Shown piece by piece: positions 6,821-15,677 of a stretch of DNA of 32,000 nt (the stretch's first letter is position 1; each line of letters starts with the position of its first letter). The notes under the pieces were generated by a model. That model was not told where the DNA came from, searched no databases, and saw only the letters and a program-made list of their open reading frames with translations. A program made the position numbers and the translations under genes. The stretch is from Phycisphaera mikurensis NBRC 102666 (GTDB lineage: Bacteria; Planctomycetota; Phycisphaerae; Phycisphaerales; Phycisphaeraceae): NCBI RefSeq assembly GCF_000284115.1, contig NC_017080.1, positions 300,001-332,000 of the forward strand, given 5' to 3'.

Positions 6821-9616
6821 CGGGTTGGATTCCGCGGCGGTCATCTCGGTGTAGCGGGCGAAGAGGTGTTCGAGGCGTTCGGTGTCGTTGCGGAAGCGGC
6901 GGCCGAGGTAGATGCGTTCGAGGGTTTCGTCGTTGCGGTCGTGGGCTTGGCGGAGGTCGGGGTAGTCGCGGTCCATGGCCTCGGGGTCGTACATCTGCGC
7001 AATCGTCGCGGGCCAGTGGGCCTCGCGGGCGAGCAGGATGGCCTCGGCGCAAGCCGTGAGGTCGGCCTTGTTCTGCTCCGTCAGCTCGGGGACGGGGAAG
7101 GTGTTCCAGCCGAGGTCGTTCGAGTAGCGGTAGTCGATCTTGAACTTGCCTCCAATTGCTGCGACCCAGGCCAGGTGAAGGCGTGAATTGATGACGCTCA
7201 GCGCCCACGTTCCCGCGTCATGCAGCGCAAATGCTTGGCTGGAGACGACCGTCTTGGCGGGCAAGATTCCCGCGGGGATGTACTGCCTCTTCTCTGATGT
7301 ACTGATGGGAACGATGATGGTAGATTCCGTGGACGATACATGTTCGCGCATTTGGTGTGGACGCTTGGCGAGCTGCCGGTTGGAAGAGTCCTTGAACGCG
7401 AGCCGCTTCTTTCTGCAGAGCTCAATCCGTGATCCGATAGCTGAGCATGTGAGAGCATCCTCGAGATCAGCGTCGTCTACCCAGATCGAGTAGTTGACCA
7501 CGCCGCCATTGAACTCGTCCGATCCGTAGAAAGGACGCAGAAAGCCGTCGGCTGCGGCGTCTGCACTTATCACTTCGCGGCGGGATGCTGCGCTCACCCG
7601 CAGCGCTCTTCCATCGTTCGGCTTGTTGCCGAGAATCATCGTCGGAAGATCACTAGAAAGAGTATCGCTCCGGGCCGTGACTAATGGCGCATCGCCCGCG
7701 GTGAGATAGTGAGAGATCGCTTCGACGTGCCTTTCCTCGTCGTTATTGTAGAGGATGCACGGCGTGTCATCGTTGCTCGCAAGCCCCACGATGACGACGC
7801 TGACTGCGGCATTTCTGGCAGCCATGTTCGACCACCAGAAGCTCTCGTAAGCAAAATGAATCTTGACACCTTCGGCGAGCACGGCAGGCCACAGGTCGGC
7901 AGCTTGCCGTCCCATTACGACGGAGTTGGTTGAGACCAATGCAGCTGCCGAATCAACTCTGCGGCAGTAATCGGACGCCTTGATGAACCAAGCTCCGACT
8001 AGATCGATATAGCCAAAGTTTCGGATGCGGCCTTGGAAGATATTCCGAAGATCCTCGCGGTTGCTCGCGGAGAGCTTGCCCTTGCCCAGATACGGCGGAT
8101 TCCCGCAGATGTACGTCTCCCCGCCCTCGTTCTCGAAGTCGATCTCCCCGCCCTCGGCCCGCGACAGCAGGTCGGTCGGCGAAGCCGACGCCTCCTGCCC
8201 GCTCGGCGGGCAGACGCGCTGCCAGTCCAGCCGCAGCGCGTTCCCGTGGACGATCCAGTTCTCCTTGCCCAGGGGCAGGAAGTCGGCGAGGGCGAGCAGC
8301 TGGCCGCGGTGGAGGACGTCGGCCTGGTACTCGGCGATGATCAGCGCGAGGCGGGCGACCTCGGCGGCGAAGTGGCGGATCTCGATGCCGCGGAAGTTCG
8401 TGAGTGGGATCTCGCTTTGGCGCTCGGCTTCGCCGAGGTTTTCGTTGATCTTCGCCTCGATCTCGCGGAGCTGCTTGTAGGCGATGACGAGGAAGTTGCC
8501 GCTGCCGCAGGCGGGGTCGAAGACGCGGATCCGCGACAGCCGCTTGCGGAGCCACCGCAGCGCCTGCGGCCGGACCTTCGGCTCGGTCGCGTCCTTCAGC
8601 TTTTCGCGGAGCGAATCCAAAAAGAGCGGGTTGAGCACCTTCAGGATGTTGGGCACGCTGGTGTAGTGCATGCCCAGCCGGGCCCGGTCCTCCTCGCCGG
8701 CGACGGCCTGGATCATCGAGCCGAAGATGTCCGGGTTGATCTTGGTCCAGTCCAGCCCGCCGATGTGCAGGAGGTAGCTGCGGGCGGTCTGGCCGAAGCG
8801 GGGCACGGAGTCGGGGTCGCCGCCGCCGGCGAACAGGCCGCCGTTCACGTACGGGAAGCCCATGGCGTACGGCCGGACGCCGGCGGCCCGGCGGGCCTCG
8901 GCGTCCAGCGGAGAGTCCATCGCGAGGAAGCAGTTCGCCAGCACCTCGTGCACGTTGGAGCCGTCCCGCTCGCTCAGGGTGCGGACGGCGCCGGTGAACT
9001 GGTCGTCGCCGAAGATGCGGGTGTCCTCGGCGAAGAAGCAGAAGATCAGGCGGGCCATGAAGTGGTTCATGTCCTCGCGGCGGGCTTCCTCGCCCCAGTC
9101 GGGGTTCTCGCGCAGCAGCTCGACGTAGAGCTTGTTCAGCCGCCCGGTGGCCTTCACGTCGAAGGCGTTCTCGCGGATCGCCGGCACCGTGCGGATGCCC
9201 GCGAGCTCCAGGAAGAAGCCAAATCGCTCCGGCAGCTCCGCGAGCGGGCAGGCCAGGGTCTCGCCCGCGCCGTCCGGCGTGAGGCTTTCCGCTTCGACCG
9301 TCTCGCCGTCGGTGGCGAGCACGAACTTGCAGTTGCGCTTGGCCGTCTCGGGCGAGTCCAGCAGCTCCTGAAGCTTCTCCGCCGTCTCCCACGGCGCAGC
9401 CGTTGCGAGGTGGATGTTCTTGGTCTGCAGCACGCCGCCGGGCACGTCGCTGCGGTTGGTGGAGCTCTTGCCGCCGGCCCGCAGCCGGTCGATCGTGGTC
9501 CGCGGGTTGCCGAAGGCCTCCAGGAACTCGAACGGGAACGCCTCCGCGTCGAACCCCTCCGCGGCGATCCGCTCCACCAGCTGCTCGACGGCTTCCTCGA
9601 TCTCGACGGCGTTCAT
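6818..9616 (-). CDS. Class I SAM-dependent DNA methyltransferase, MmeI/YeeA-like
   Basis: Motif I VFDPACGSGNFLVIAYKQLREIE; motif IV ICGNPPYLGKG; QTARSYLLHIGGLDWTKINPDIFGSMIQ...RLGMHYTSVPNILKVLNPLFLD; C-terminal FPVPELTEQNK. ATG (rc of CAT 9614-9616) starts MNAVEIEEAVEQLVERI. Confidence 0.9.
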   Translation of the reverse strand: MNAVEIEEAVEQLVERIAAEGFDAEAFPFEFLEAFGNPRTTIDRLRAGGKSSTNRSDVPGGVLQTKNIHLATAAPWETAEKLQELLDSPETAKRNCKFVLATDGETVEAESLTPDGAGETLACPLAELPERFGFFLELAGIRTVPAIRENAFDVKATGRLNKLYVELLRENPDWGEEARREDMNHFMARLIFCFFAEDTRIFGDDQFTGAVRTLSERDGSNVHEVLANCFLAMDSPLDAEARRAAGVRPYAMGFPYVNGGLFAGGGDPDSVPRFGQTARSYLLHIGGLDWTKINPDIFGSMIQAVAGEEDRARLGMHYTSVPNILKVLNPLFLDSLREKLKDATEPKVRPQALRWLRKRLSRIRVFDPACGSGNFLVIAYKQLREIEAKINENLGEAERQSEIPLTNFRGIEIRHFAAEVARLALIIAEYQADVLHRGQLLALADFLPLGKENWIVHGNALRLDWQRVCPPSGQEASASPTDLLSRAEGGEIDFENEGGETYICGNPPYLGKGKLSASNREDLRNIFQGRIRNFGYIDLVGAWFIKASDYCRRVDSAAALVSTNSVVMGRQAADLWPAVLAEGVKIHFAYESFWWSNMAARNAAVSVVIVGLASNDDTPCILYNNDEERHVEAISHYLTAGDAPLVTARSDTLSSDLPTMILGNKPNDGRALRVSAASRREVISADAAADGFLRPFYGSDEFNGGVVNYSIWVDDADLEDALTCSAIGSRIELCRKKRLAFKDSSNRQLAKRPHQMREHVSSTESTIIVPISTSEKRQYIPAGILPAKTVVSSQAFALHDAGTWALSVINSRLHLAWVAAIGGKFKIDYRYSNDLGWNTFPVPELTEQNKADLTACAEAILLAREAHWPATIAQMYDPEAMDRDYPDLRQAHDRNDETLERIYLGRRFRNDTERLEHLFARYTEMTAAESNP

Positions 9617-9664
9617 GGGGGCATTGTGCCGCGGCGGGCTTCCGGCGCGGCGTAGCCTCGGCGC

Positions 9665-10042
9665 ATGCCTCTGGGCGAAGCCGAAGTTTTCGACGCCCTG
9701 GGCCCCGGGGGCTTCGGCCCGCTGGTCGCGGCCTTCTACCGGCGCGTCCGCGCGGACGACCTGCTCGGGCCGATGTACCCGCCGGGCGAGTGGGCGCAGG
9801 CCGAGTGGCGGCTGAGGGCGTTCCTCGACCAACGCTTCGGCGGGCCGATGGCGTATTCCGAGCGGCGGGGCCACCCGCGCCTGCGGATGCGGCACGCGCC
9901 CTTCGCCATCGGCGAGCCCGAGCGGGACCGGTGGCTGGCGCTGATGGCGGCGGCCATGGAGGAGGTCGCCGTGAGCGACGCGGTGACGGAGGTTGTCGCG
10001 CCCTTCTTCCTGATGGTCGCCGAGGGCATGCGCAACCGGTGA
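9665..10042 (+). CDS. Truncated hemoglobin, group II (trHbO-like)
   Basis: Translation LVAAFYRRVRADDLLGPMYPP..WAQAEWRLRAFLDQRFGGPMAYSERRGHPRLRMRHAPFAIGEPERDRWLALMAAAM. Confidence 0.87.
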   Translation: MPLGEAEVFDALGPGGFGPLVAAFYRRVRADDLLGPMYPPGEWAQAEWRLRAFLDQRFGGPMAYSERRGHPRLRMRHAPFAIGEPERDRWLALMAAAMEEVAVSDAVTEVVAPFFLMVAEGMRNR

Positions 10043-10069
10043 ACGCCGGCCCCGCCGCCGCCGCGACGC

Positions 10070-10564
10070 TCAGCCGTCGCCGGGGTAGGGCTTCAGCGGG
10101 CCGGAGGCCTCGGCCCCGGGGATGTCCAGGGTCGGAGCGTCGCCCCAGAGCATCTCCAGGTCGTAGTGGGCCCGCGTCTCCGGCTCGAAGAGGTGCACCA
10201 CCACGCCCACGAAGTCGGCGACGACCCACGTGGTCAGCTTGTCCTCCTCGCCGCCGTAGCGCTCGAAGCCCCGGTCTCTGCCGAGCTGCTGGAACTCGGC
10301 CGCGACCGTCCGCATCTGGCGGTCGGAGGTGCCGGTGGCGACCACCACGAAGTCGGTCAGCGCCGACTGCCCGCGCACGTCGAAGCAGATCACGTCCTCG
10401 CAGCGGCGGTCGTGGGCGAGCGTGGCGGCCTCGAGGGCGAAGGCCCGGGCTTCGGCGGTCTCCTCGTCGCTCCGCTTGAGGATCGGCTGCGGGTCGGAGG
10501 GGATCTCGTCGTCGGCCACGGCGGGGCCTTCCTCCGCGGCGGTGGTGAATCGGGGTGCGGGCAT
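10070..10564 (-). CDS. rsfS: Ribosome silencing factor RsfS
   Basis: ALEAATLAHDRRCEDVICFDVRGQSALTDFVVVATGTSDRQMRTVAAEFQQLGRDRG..RYGGEEDKLTTWVVADFVGVVVHLFEPETRAHYDLEMLWGDAP is the RsfS/DUF143 signature. Confidence 0.93.
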   Translation of the reverse strand: MPAPRFTTAAEEGPAVADDEIPSDPQPILKRSDEETAEARAFALEAATLAHDRRCEDVICFDVRGQSALTDFVVVATGTSDRQMRTVAAEFQQLGRDRGFERYGGEEDKLTTWVVADFVGVVVHLFEPETRAHYDLEMLWGDAPTLDIPGAEASGPLKPYPGDG

Positions 10565-10573
10565 GGTTCGAGA

Positions 10574-10888
10574 CTACGCCGCGGCCCCGGCGTCGCCCCG
10601 GCCCTCGCCCCCGCCCTCGCCTTCGTCCGGCCCCCCGGGGAAGCCCGGCAGCGTCGTCCGCTGGACCCGCACCCCGAAGGTCTCCCCGACCTTGACGGCG
10701 GTGCCCTCGGCCACTTGCAGGCCGTTGATCCGCAGCTCCAGCTCCTCGTCGGCGGCCTTGGGCAGCTCGATCATCGTGCCGGGCTTCCACTCGAGCACGT
10801 CCTGCAGGGCGACCCGGACGCGGCCGATCTCGACCATCACCGGGACCTCCAGGGCGAGCAGCGTGCGGGGCGAGGGCGAAGCGGTCAT
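10574..10888 (-). CDS. fliN: FliN/SpoA-type flagellar motor switch protein
   Basis: VPVMVEIGRVRVALQDVLEWKPGTMIELPKAADEELELRINGLQVAEGTAVKVGETFGVRV is a SpoA/FliN C-terminal domain. The start overlaps the trpE stop (ATGA). Confidence 0.85.
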   Translation of the reverse strand: MTASPSPRTLLALEVPVMVEIGRVRVALQDVLEWKPGTMIELPKAADEELELRINGLQVAEGTAVKVGETFGVRVQRTTLPGFPGGPDEGEGGGEGRGDAGAAA

Positions 10889-12513
10889 GCGGCCGGGTCA
10901 TCGGCCGGTGGCGGGTCGCTCCCGCCGAAAAGGCGCTCCGCCAGCCGCACGGCCTCGAGCAGGCCGGCGGCCTTGTTGAGGGTCTCCTGGTGCTCGGCGT
11001 CGGGGTCGGAGTCGGCGACGACGCCGCCGCCGGCCTGCAGGTGCACGCGCCAGGGCCCCCCCCGACGCCGCGGCGGCAGCACCACCATCGTCCGCAGGGC
11101 GATGCAGGTGTCCAGGTCGCCGTTGAAGCCGGCGTGGCCGACGGCCCCGCCGTAGGGGCCCCGCTTCACGGGCTCGAGCTCGTCGATGATCTGCATGGCC
11201 CGCACCTTGGGGGCCCCCGAGACCGTGCCCACCGGCAGCGACACGCGCAGCGCCTCCCACGCGTCGACGCCTTCGCGCAGCCGGCCGCGGACCTCCGAGG
11301 ACAGGTGCATCACGTGGCTGTACCGCTCGACGGCCATCAGCTCGGTGAGCCCGACGCTGCCGGGCTCGGCGACGCGGCCGATGTCGTTGCGGTGCAGGTC
11401 GACGAGCATGCTGTGCTCGGCGGTGTCCTTGGGATCGGCCCGCAGCTGGGCCGACAGCTCGTCGTCCTCGGCGGCGTCCCGCCCGCGCGGGCGGGTGCCC
11501 GCGAGCGGGCGGGAGGCGGCGACGCCGCCCACGACCTTCACGAGGATCTCCGGCGAGCTGCCGACCAGGACGGCCCCGCCCGCCTGGAGGTAGAAGAGGT
11601 AGGGCGAGGGGTTCACCGCCCGCAGGGCCCGGTAGACGTCGAAGGGGTCGGCCGCCGTCTCCACCTCGAAGCGCTGGCTGGGCACCACCTGGAAGGCGTC
11701 GCCGGCGGCGACGTACTCCTTCACGCGGCGGACCGCGTCCTGGTAGCCCCCCGCCCCCAGCGACGACGGGCCCAGGTCCGGCGCGGCGTGGCCGCCACGC
11801 CGGCCGGCGGCGTGGCGTGGCGGGGTGGCGACGGGCTCGGGCTCTCCGCCGAGCAGGCGCTCCTGGAGGGCGTCCAGCCCGCGGACCGCGGCCGAGAACG
11901 CCTCCGAGGCGTCGCGGTCCGCGGGGAGCGCGGCGGAGCCGATCAGCAGCAGCGTGCCCTCGGCGTGGTCGAAGGCGACCAGCTCGGGGTAGAGCTGGAA
12001 GTGCAGGTCGGGGAGGTCCCGGTCGTCCGGCGGGCCCGGCCCGAGCGCGTCGGGCTCGGTGTAGCGGACCGTGTCGTAGCCGGCGTAGCCGACCCAGCCC
12101 CCGGCGAAGGGCGGGAGGCCGGCGGGCGCGACCCAGCGGCCCGGGGCGAGCTGCCGGGTCAGCGCCGGCATCGCCCGCAGCGGGTCGTCGCACGGCCGGG
12201 ACGCGGAGGTGCCCGCGGCGTGGTCCCGCACCTCCAGCACCGGCCCCCGCGCGATCACCTCCGCCACGGGCCGGCTGCCCAGGAAGCTGTACCGCCCCAC
12301 GGTGTCCCCGCCGGTCACCGAGTCCAGCAGGAAGCTCGGGGCCAGGCGGCGCTCGCCCCGAACCAGCCGCCGGTAGGCCAGCACCGGCGTCAACGCGTCG
12401 CCGAGGAGGCGGCGGACCACCGGGAGGCGGAGTGCAACGCCGGGCGTCCGGCCGCGGGCCGCGGCGGCGGCGGCCTCGAAAGCTTCGGCGTCGGGCTGGC
12501 ACGTGGCGGTCAT
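10885..12513 (-). CDS. trpE: Anthranilate synthase component I
   Basis: RYSFLGSRP; VVPSQRFEVE; NPSPYLFYLQ; GSSPEILVKV; RPLAGTRPRG; LVDLHRNDIGRVAEPGSV; SLPVGTVSGAPKVRAMQIIDELEPVKRGPYGGAVG. Chorismate-binding family. Start ATG at 12513 (CAT 12511-12513). Confidence 0.95.
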   Translation of the reverse strand: MTATCQPDAEAFEAAAAAARGRTPGVALRLPVVRRLLGDALTPVLAYRRLVRGERRLAPSFLLDSVTGGDTVGRYSFLGSRPVAEVIARGPVLEVRDHAAGTSASRPCDDPLRAMPALTRQLAPGRWVAPAGLPPFAGGWVGYAGYDTVRYTEPDALGPGPPDDRDLPDLHFQLYPELVAFDHAEGTLLLIGSAALPADRDASEAFSAAVRGLDALQERLLGGEPEPVATPPRHAAGRRGGHAAPDLGPSSLGAGGYQDAVRRVKEYVAAGDAFQVVPSQRFEVETAADPFDVYRALRAVNPSPYLFYLQAGGAVLVGSSPEILVKVVGGVAASRPLAGTRPRGRDAAEDDELSAQLRADPKDTAEHSMLVDLHRNDIGRVAEPGSVGLTELMAVERYSHVMHLSSEVRGRLREGVDAWEALRVSLPVGTVSGAPKVRAMQIIDELEPVKRGPYGGAVGHAGFNGDLDTCIALRTMVVLPPRRRGGPWRVHLQAGGGVVADSDPDAEHQETLNKAAGLLEAVRLAERLFGGSDPPPADDPAA

Positions 12514-12646
12514 GGGCGGGCACCGCGGCGGTGCGTCCGGCCGAAGAAATCCGAAATCTCCGGCTAGAGTGCGGCGGACCTTACCGATCCGGCCGTTCCT
12601 GCCCGACTGCGCCGCAGGCGGGCGGGAACCCCCAAGGCGCCCCGTC

Positions 12647-14290
12647 ATGAACATCCAGAGCTTCCTCCGACACCACGGCCTCGAAGAGAACCCCTTCAAC
12701 GCCGAGGAGGCCCGGCTGGACCCGGTCCTCGAGCGCCTCGAGTCCGGCGGCCACAACCTCGAGCACCCCGAGTTCCAGAAGATCCTCGGCCGCCTCGACC
12801 AGCCCTCCACCGCCGTGGTCTTCGGCGAGAAGGGCTCGGGCAAGACCGCGATCCGCCTCGACATCGAGCGCCGCATCGCCGCCCACAACCAGACCAGCCC
12901 CGACAAGAAGGTGCTCGTCGTCGCCTACGACGACCTCAACCCGGTGCTGGACCGGCTCCAGCGGGCCCTGCGGGTCGACGGCCCCAAGGTCCTCGACGCG
13001 ATCCGCCTCGAGGACCACCAGGACGCGATCCTCGCGCTCGCGACGACCAAGCTGCTCAACGCGCTCACCGGCGGCGCCGGGCCCGACGCCGGCGATCCCT
13101 CCGTGCCGCTGCCGCCGGACACGCTCAAGAGCCTCAAGAAGCTGCCCGTGGAGCAGCGCCGCGACCTCGCCACGCTCGCGACGCTCTACGACCAGCCGGC
13201 CTCGGCCGATCCGGTCACCCGGCTCGCCCGGCTCCGCAAGCGGCTGCGGCTGGGGGTCAACCTGCACCCGAACTTCTGGCTGTGGGTCGCCGTGCTCGGC
13301 GGCATCGCGGCGCTCGTGCTCGGCGGCTGGTGGTGGCTCCAGTCGGAGGACCCGCCGGCGTGGCTGCTGCCCGCGGGCGTGCTGGCTCTGGCCGCGCTGC
13401 TGCTGGGCCTGGGCGTCTGGACCTGGGAACGCGTCCGCATCTGGAGCCTCGCGCGCAGCATCCTCAAGGAGATGCCCGCCACCCAGCGGACCCACGAGCA
13501 GCTCAAGCACATGCTCGCGGACACGCCCTCGCGGACCTTCGCCGATCAGCCGCTGCCCAGAACCGCCGGCCCCGACGCCGGGCCCCGCGACGACCGCTAC
13601 CAGCTCACCCGCCGGCTCGTGTCGCTGCTGAGGGGGCTTGGGTACGCCGGGATCCTGGTGCTGGTCGACCGCATCGACGAGCCGACGCTGGTCTCCGGCG
13701 ACGAGGACCGGATGAAGAAGATCGTGTGGCCGATGTTCGACAACAAGTTCCTCAAGCAGGATCACTTCGGCCTGAAGCTGCTGCTGCCCGTGGAGCTGTC
13801 GTACCTGCTCAAGCGCGAGAGCAGCCAGTTCTTCCAGGAGGCCCGCCTCGACAAGCAGAACATGGTCGAGCGGCTGAGCTGGTCGGGCTCCACGCTCTAC
13901 GACCTCTGCAGCGCCCGCCTGCGGGCGGTGCGGTCGTCAACGGCGTCGGCGTCGGCGTCCGCGCCGGCCGCGGGCGAAGGCGAAGGCGGAGGCGAGAGGG
14001 AGGGCACGCAGGCGCCAGAGGGCGCGGCGGCCGGGCCGACCGGCGGGGAGATCTCCCTCACCGACCTCTTCACCGACGACGTCGACCGGGTCCAGCTCAT
14101 CGACGCGCTCGACCAGATGCAGCAGCCGCGCGACGCCTTCAAGTTCATGTACCAGGTGGTGCAGGAGCACTGCCGGCTGATGCCCGAGGAGAGCGCCGAG
14201 TGGCAGATCGCCCGGCTCACGCTGGACTCGGTCCGCCGCGACCAGAGCCAGCGCGTGCAGGAGCTGCACCGCGGCCGCCAGCCCGCCTGA
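12647..14290 (+). CDS. Membrane-anchored P-loop NTPase (KAP-like architecture)
   Basis: Walker A VVFGEKGSGKTAIRLDI. Two hydrophobic helices (FWLWVAVLGGIAALVLGGWWWL; WLLPAGVLALAALLLGLGVWTW) lie between it and a Walker-B-like ILVLVDRIDE. Confidence 0.75.
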   Translation: MNIQSFLRHHGLEENPFNAEEARLDPVLERLESGGHNLEHPEFQKILGRLDQPSTAVVFGEKGSGKTAIRLDIERRIAAHNQTSPDKKVLVVAYDDLNPVLDRLQRALRVDGPKVLDAIRLEDHQDAILALATTKLLNALTGGAGPDAGDPSVPLPPDTLKSLKKLPVEQRRDLATLATLYDQPASADPVTRLARLRKRLRLGVNLHPNFWLWVAVLGGIAALVLGGWWWLQSEDPPAWLLPAGVLALAALLLGLGVWTWERVRIWSLARSILKEMPATQRTHEQLKHMLADTPSRTFADQPLPRTAGPDAGPRDDRYQLTRRLVSLLRGLGYAGILVLVDRIDEPTLVSGDEDRMKKIVWPMFDNKFLKQDHFGLKLLLPVELSYLLKRESSQFFQEARLDKQNMVERLSWSGSTLYDLCSARLRAVRSSTASASASAPAAGEGEGGGEREGTQAPEGAAAGPTGGEISLTDLFTDDVDRVQLIDALDQMQQPRDAFKFMYQVVQEHCRLMPEESAEWQIARLTLDSVRRDQSQRVQELHRGRQPA

Positions 14291-14612
14291 AACTTGCGGC
14301 GGGGCCGCCCGGCGGCGCGGCGGCCAGCCCGGGCATCTGCGGCGGGGCGGATGCGGCGGGCGGGAGGCCTCCCGAAACGCACGCCCGGGGAGCCCCGTGC
14401 CACCGCGATCAGCGGCCCGCGCCCACCGCATCGAGCGCTGCGATCGTGCGCAGCCGGTCGGCGGCGACGCTTCCGATAATTCCCGCCGCGTGCGGGTGGT
14501 GCATCCTTGCACGGTTTTTTCTACTGTGCCGCCTGTTCGGGCTCCCACCGCGGGGCCGACGCCGGAGCCGGTCGCGTGGACCGGCCCCGACCCCACCCCC
14601 GAAGGAACCCCC

Positions 14613-15488
14613 ATGGCCTCTCTCACGAAGCTTCCTCTCCTGAGCGGCGCTGCCGCCGCCGCCGTCGCCGCCGCCCTCACCTCCACCGGCGGCGCCGCCG
14701 CGCAGGAGACCGAGATGGTCGAGGACATCAACAACGGCGCCATCAGCTGGACGCTGGGCAGCGACATCGTGTCGAAGTACGTCTTCCGGGGCTACGAGAT
14801 CCAGGAGGACGGCATCATCGTCCAGCCCTACGCCGAGTTCACCGCCGGCATCGCCGACGGCATCGACGTCTACGCGGGCATCTGGAACTCCACCGGCACC
14901 GAGACCAACGGCGACAACAACGAGCACTGGCTCGAGGCCGACATCTACGCCGGCGTGAGCATCGGCGAGGCGGTCCTGGGCGCGCCGATCGCCATCGACG
15001 TCTCCTACGTCAACTACACCTCGCCCAACGACACCTTCGGCCAGTACGAGGAGCTCGACTTCTTCGTCGGCTACGACGACAGCGACAACCCCATCAGCGT
15101 CGCCCCATACGCGCTGCTCGCCATCGAGTTCGACACCGAGGCCGCCGGCGACGACGACAACATCTACCTCGAGCTCGGCGGCGAGTTCGAGATGCAGGTC
15201 GTCGACAACGCGCAGTACCCCGTCGGCCTCACCGTGCCCGTGAAGCTGGGCCTCTCGCTGGACGAGTACTACGTCGACGACGAGGGCGACAACGAGTTCT
15301 TCGGCTACCTCTCCGTCGGCGCCAACGTCGGCGTGCCGCTGTCTTTCATCCCCCGCGAGTACGGCCAGTGGTCGGCCGCGGCCGGGCTCACGCTGTTCCT
15401 GCTCAACGACAACGCCGTCGGCCTCGACGACGGCGAGAACGAGAACTTCAACATCGTCGGAAGCGTCGGCTTCGCCCTGGAGTACTGA
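14613..15488 (+). CDS. Secreted/outer-membrane beta-barrel-like protein (TorF/Gcw_chp-like)
   Basis: Signal peptide LPLLSGAAAAAVAAALTSTGGAAAQ, then repeated aromatic/acidic beta-strand pattern beginning WTLGSDIVSKYVFRGYEIQEDGIIVQPYAEF and ending in a terminal aromatic (FALEY). Confidence 0.7.
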   Translation: MASLTKLPLLSGAAAAAVAAALTSTGGAAAQETEMVEDINNGAISWTLGSDIVSKYVFRGYEIQEDGIIVQPYAEFTAGIADGIDVYAGIWNSTGTETNGDNNEHWLEADIYAGVSIGEAVLGAPIAIDVSYVNYTSPNDTFGQYEELDFFVGYDDSDNPISVAPYALLAIEFDTEAAGDDDNIYLELGGEFEMQVVDNAQYPVGLTVPVKLGLSLDEYYVDDEGDNEFFGYLSVGANVGVPLSFIPREYGQWSAAAGLTLFLLNDNAVGLDDGENENFNIVGSVGFALEY

Positions 15489-15677
15489 AGCGGCCCGACG
15501 CCTCCGGGCGGCGATCCGGAGACCTCCGGAGACGCTGGGTGCGGGTCCCGGTCGGATGATCGGGTCCGGCTCGTCCGTGCGCGGCGGCGGCCGTCGTGCC
15601 GCGTCACCGGCGGCGGCGGCCGCCCGCTCCCACGGACCGTCGGCCCCCGCCGCCGAAGACCGCGGCGGTCCGCGGCG

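Noticed and set aside
8033-9655. 540-aa plus-strand ORF antisense to the methyltransferase
   Set aside because: The opposite strand has clear methyltransferase motifs I and IV; this ORF shows no recognisable domain.
7953-10901. 982-aa minus-strand ORF overlapping the methyltransferase, globin and rsfS
   Set aside because: It is an Arg/Ala/Gly-rich translation in the wrong frame and spans several confidently coded genes, so it is a shadow ORF.
14499-14520. gtgca-tcct-tgcac followed by T6, a possible terminator or -35 (TTGCAC) upstream of the beta-barrel gene
   Set aside because: The stem is only 5 bp, it lies more than 200 nt after the preceding gene, and no convincing -10 is found at proper spacing. 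Too weak to call.
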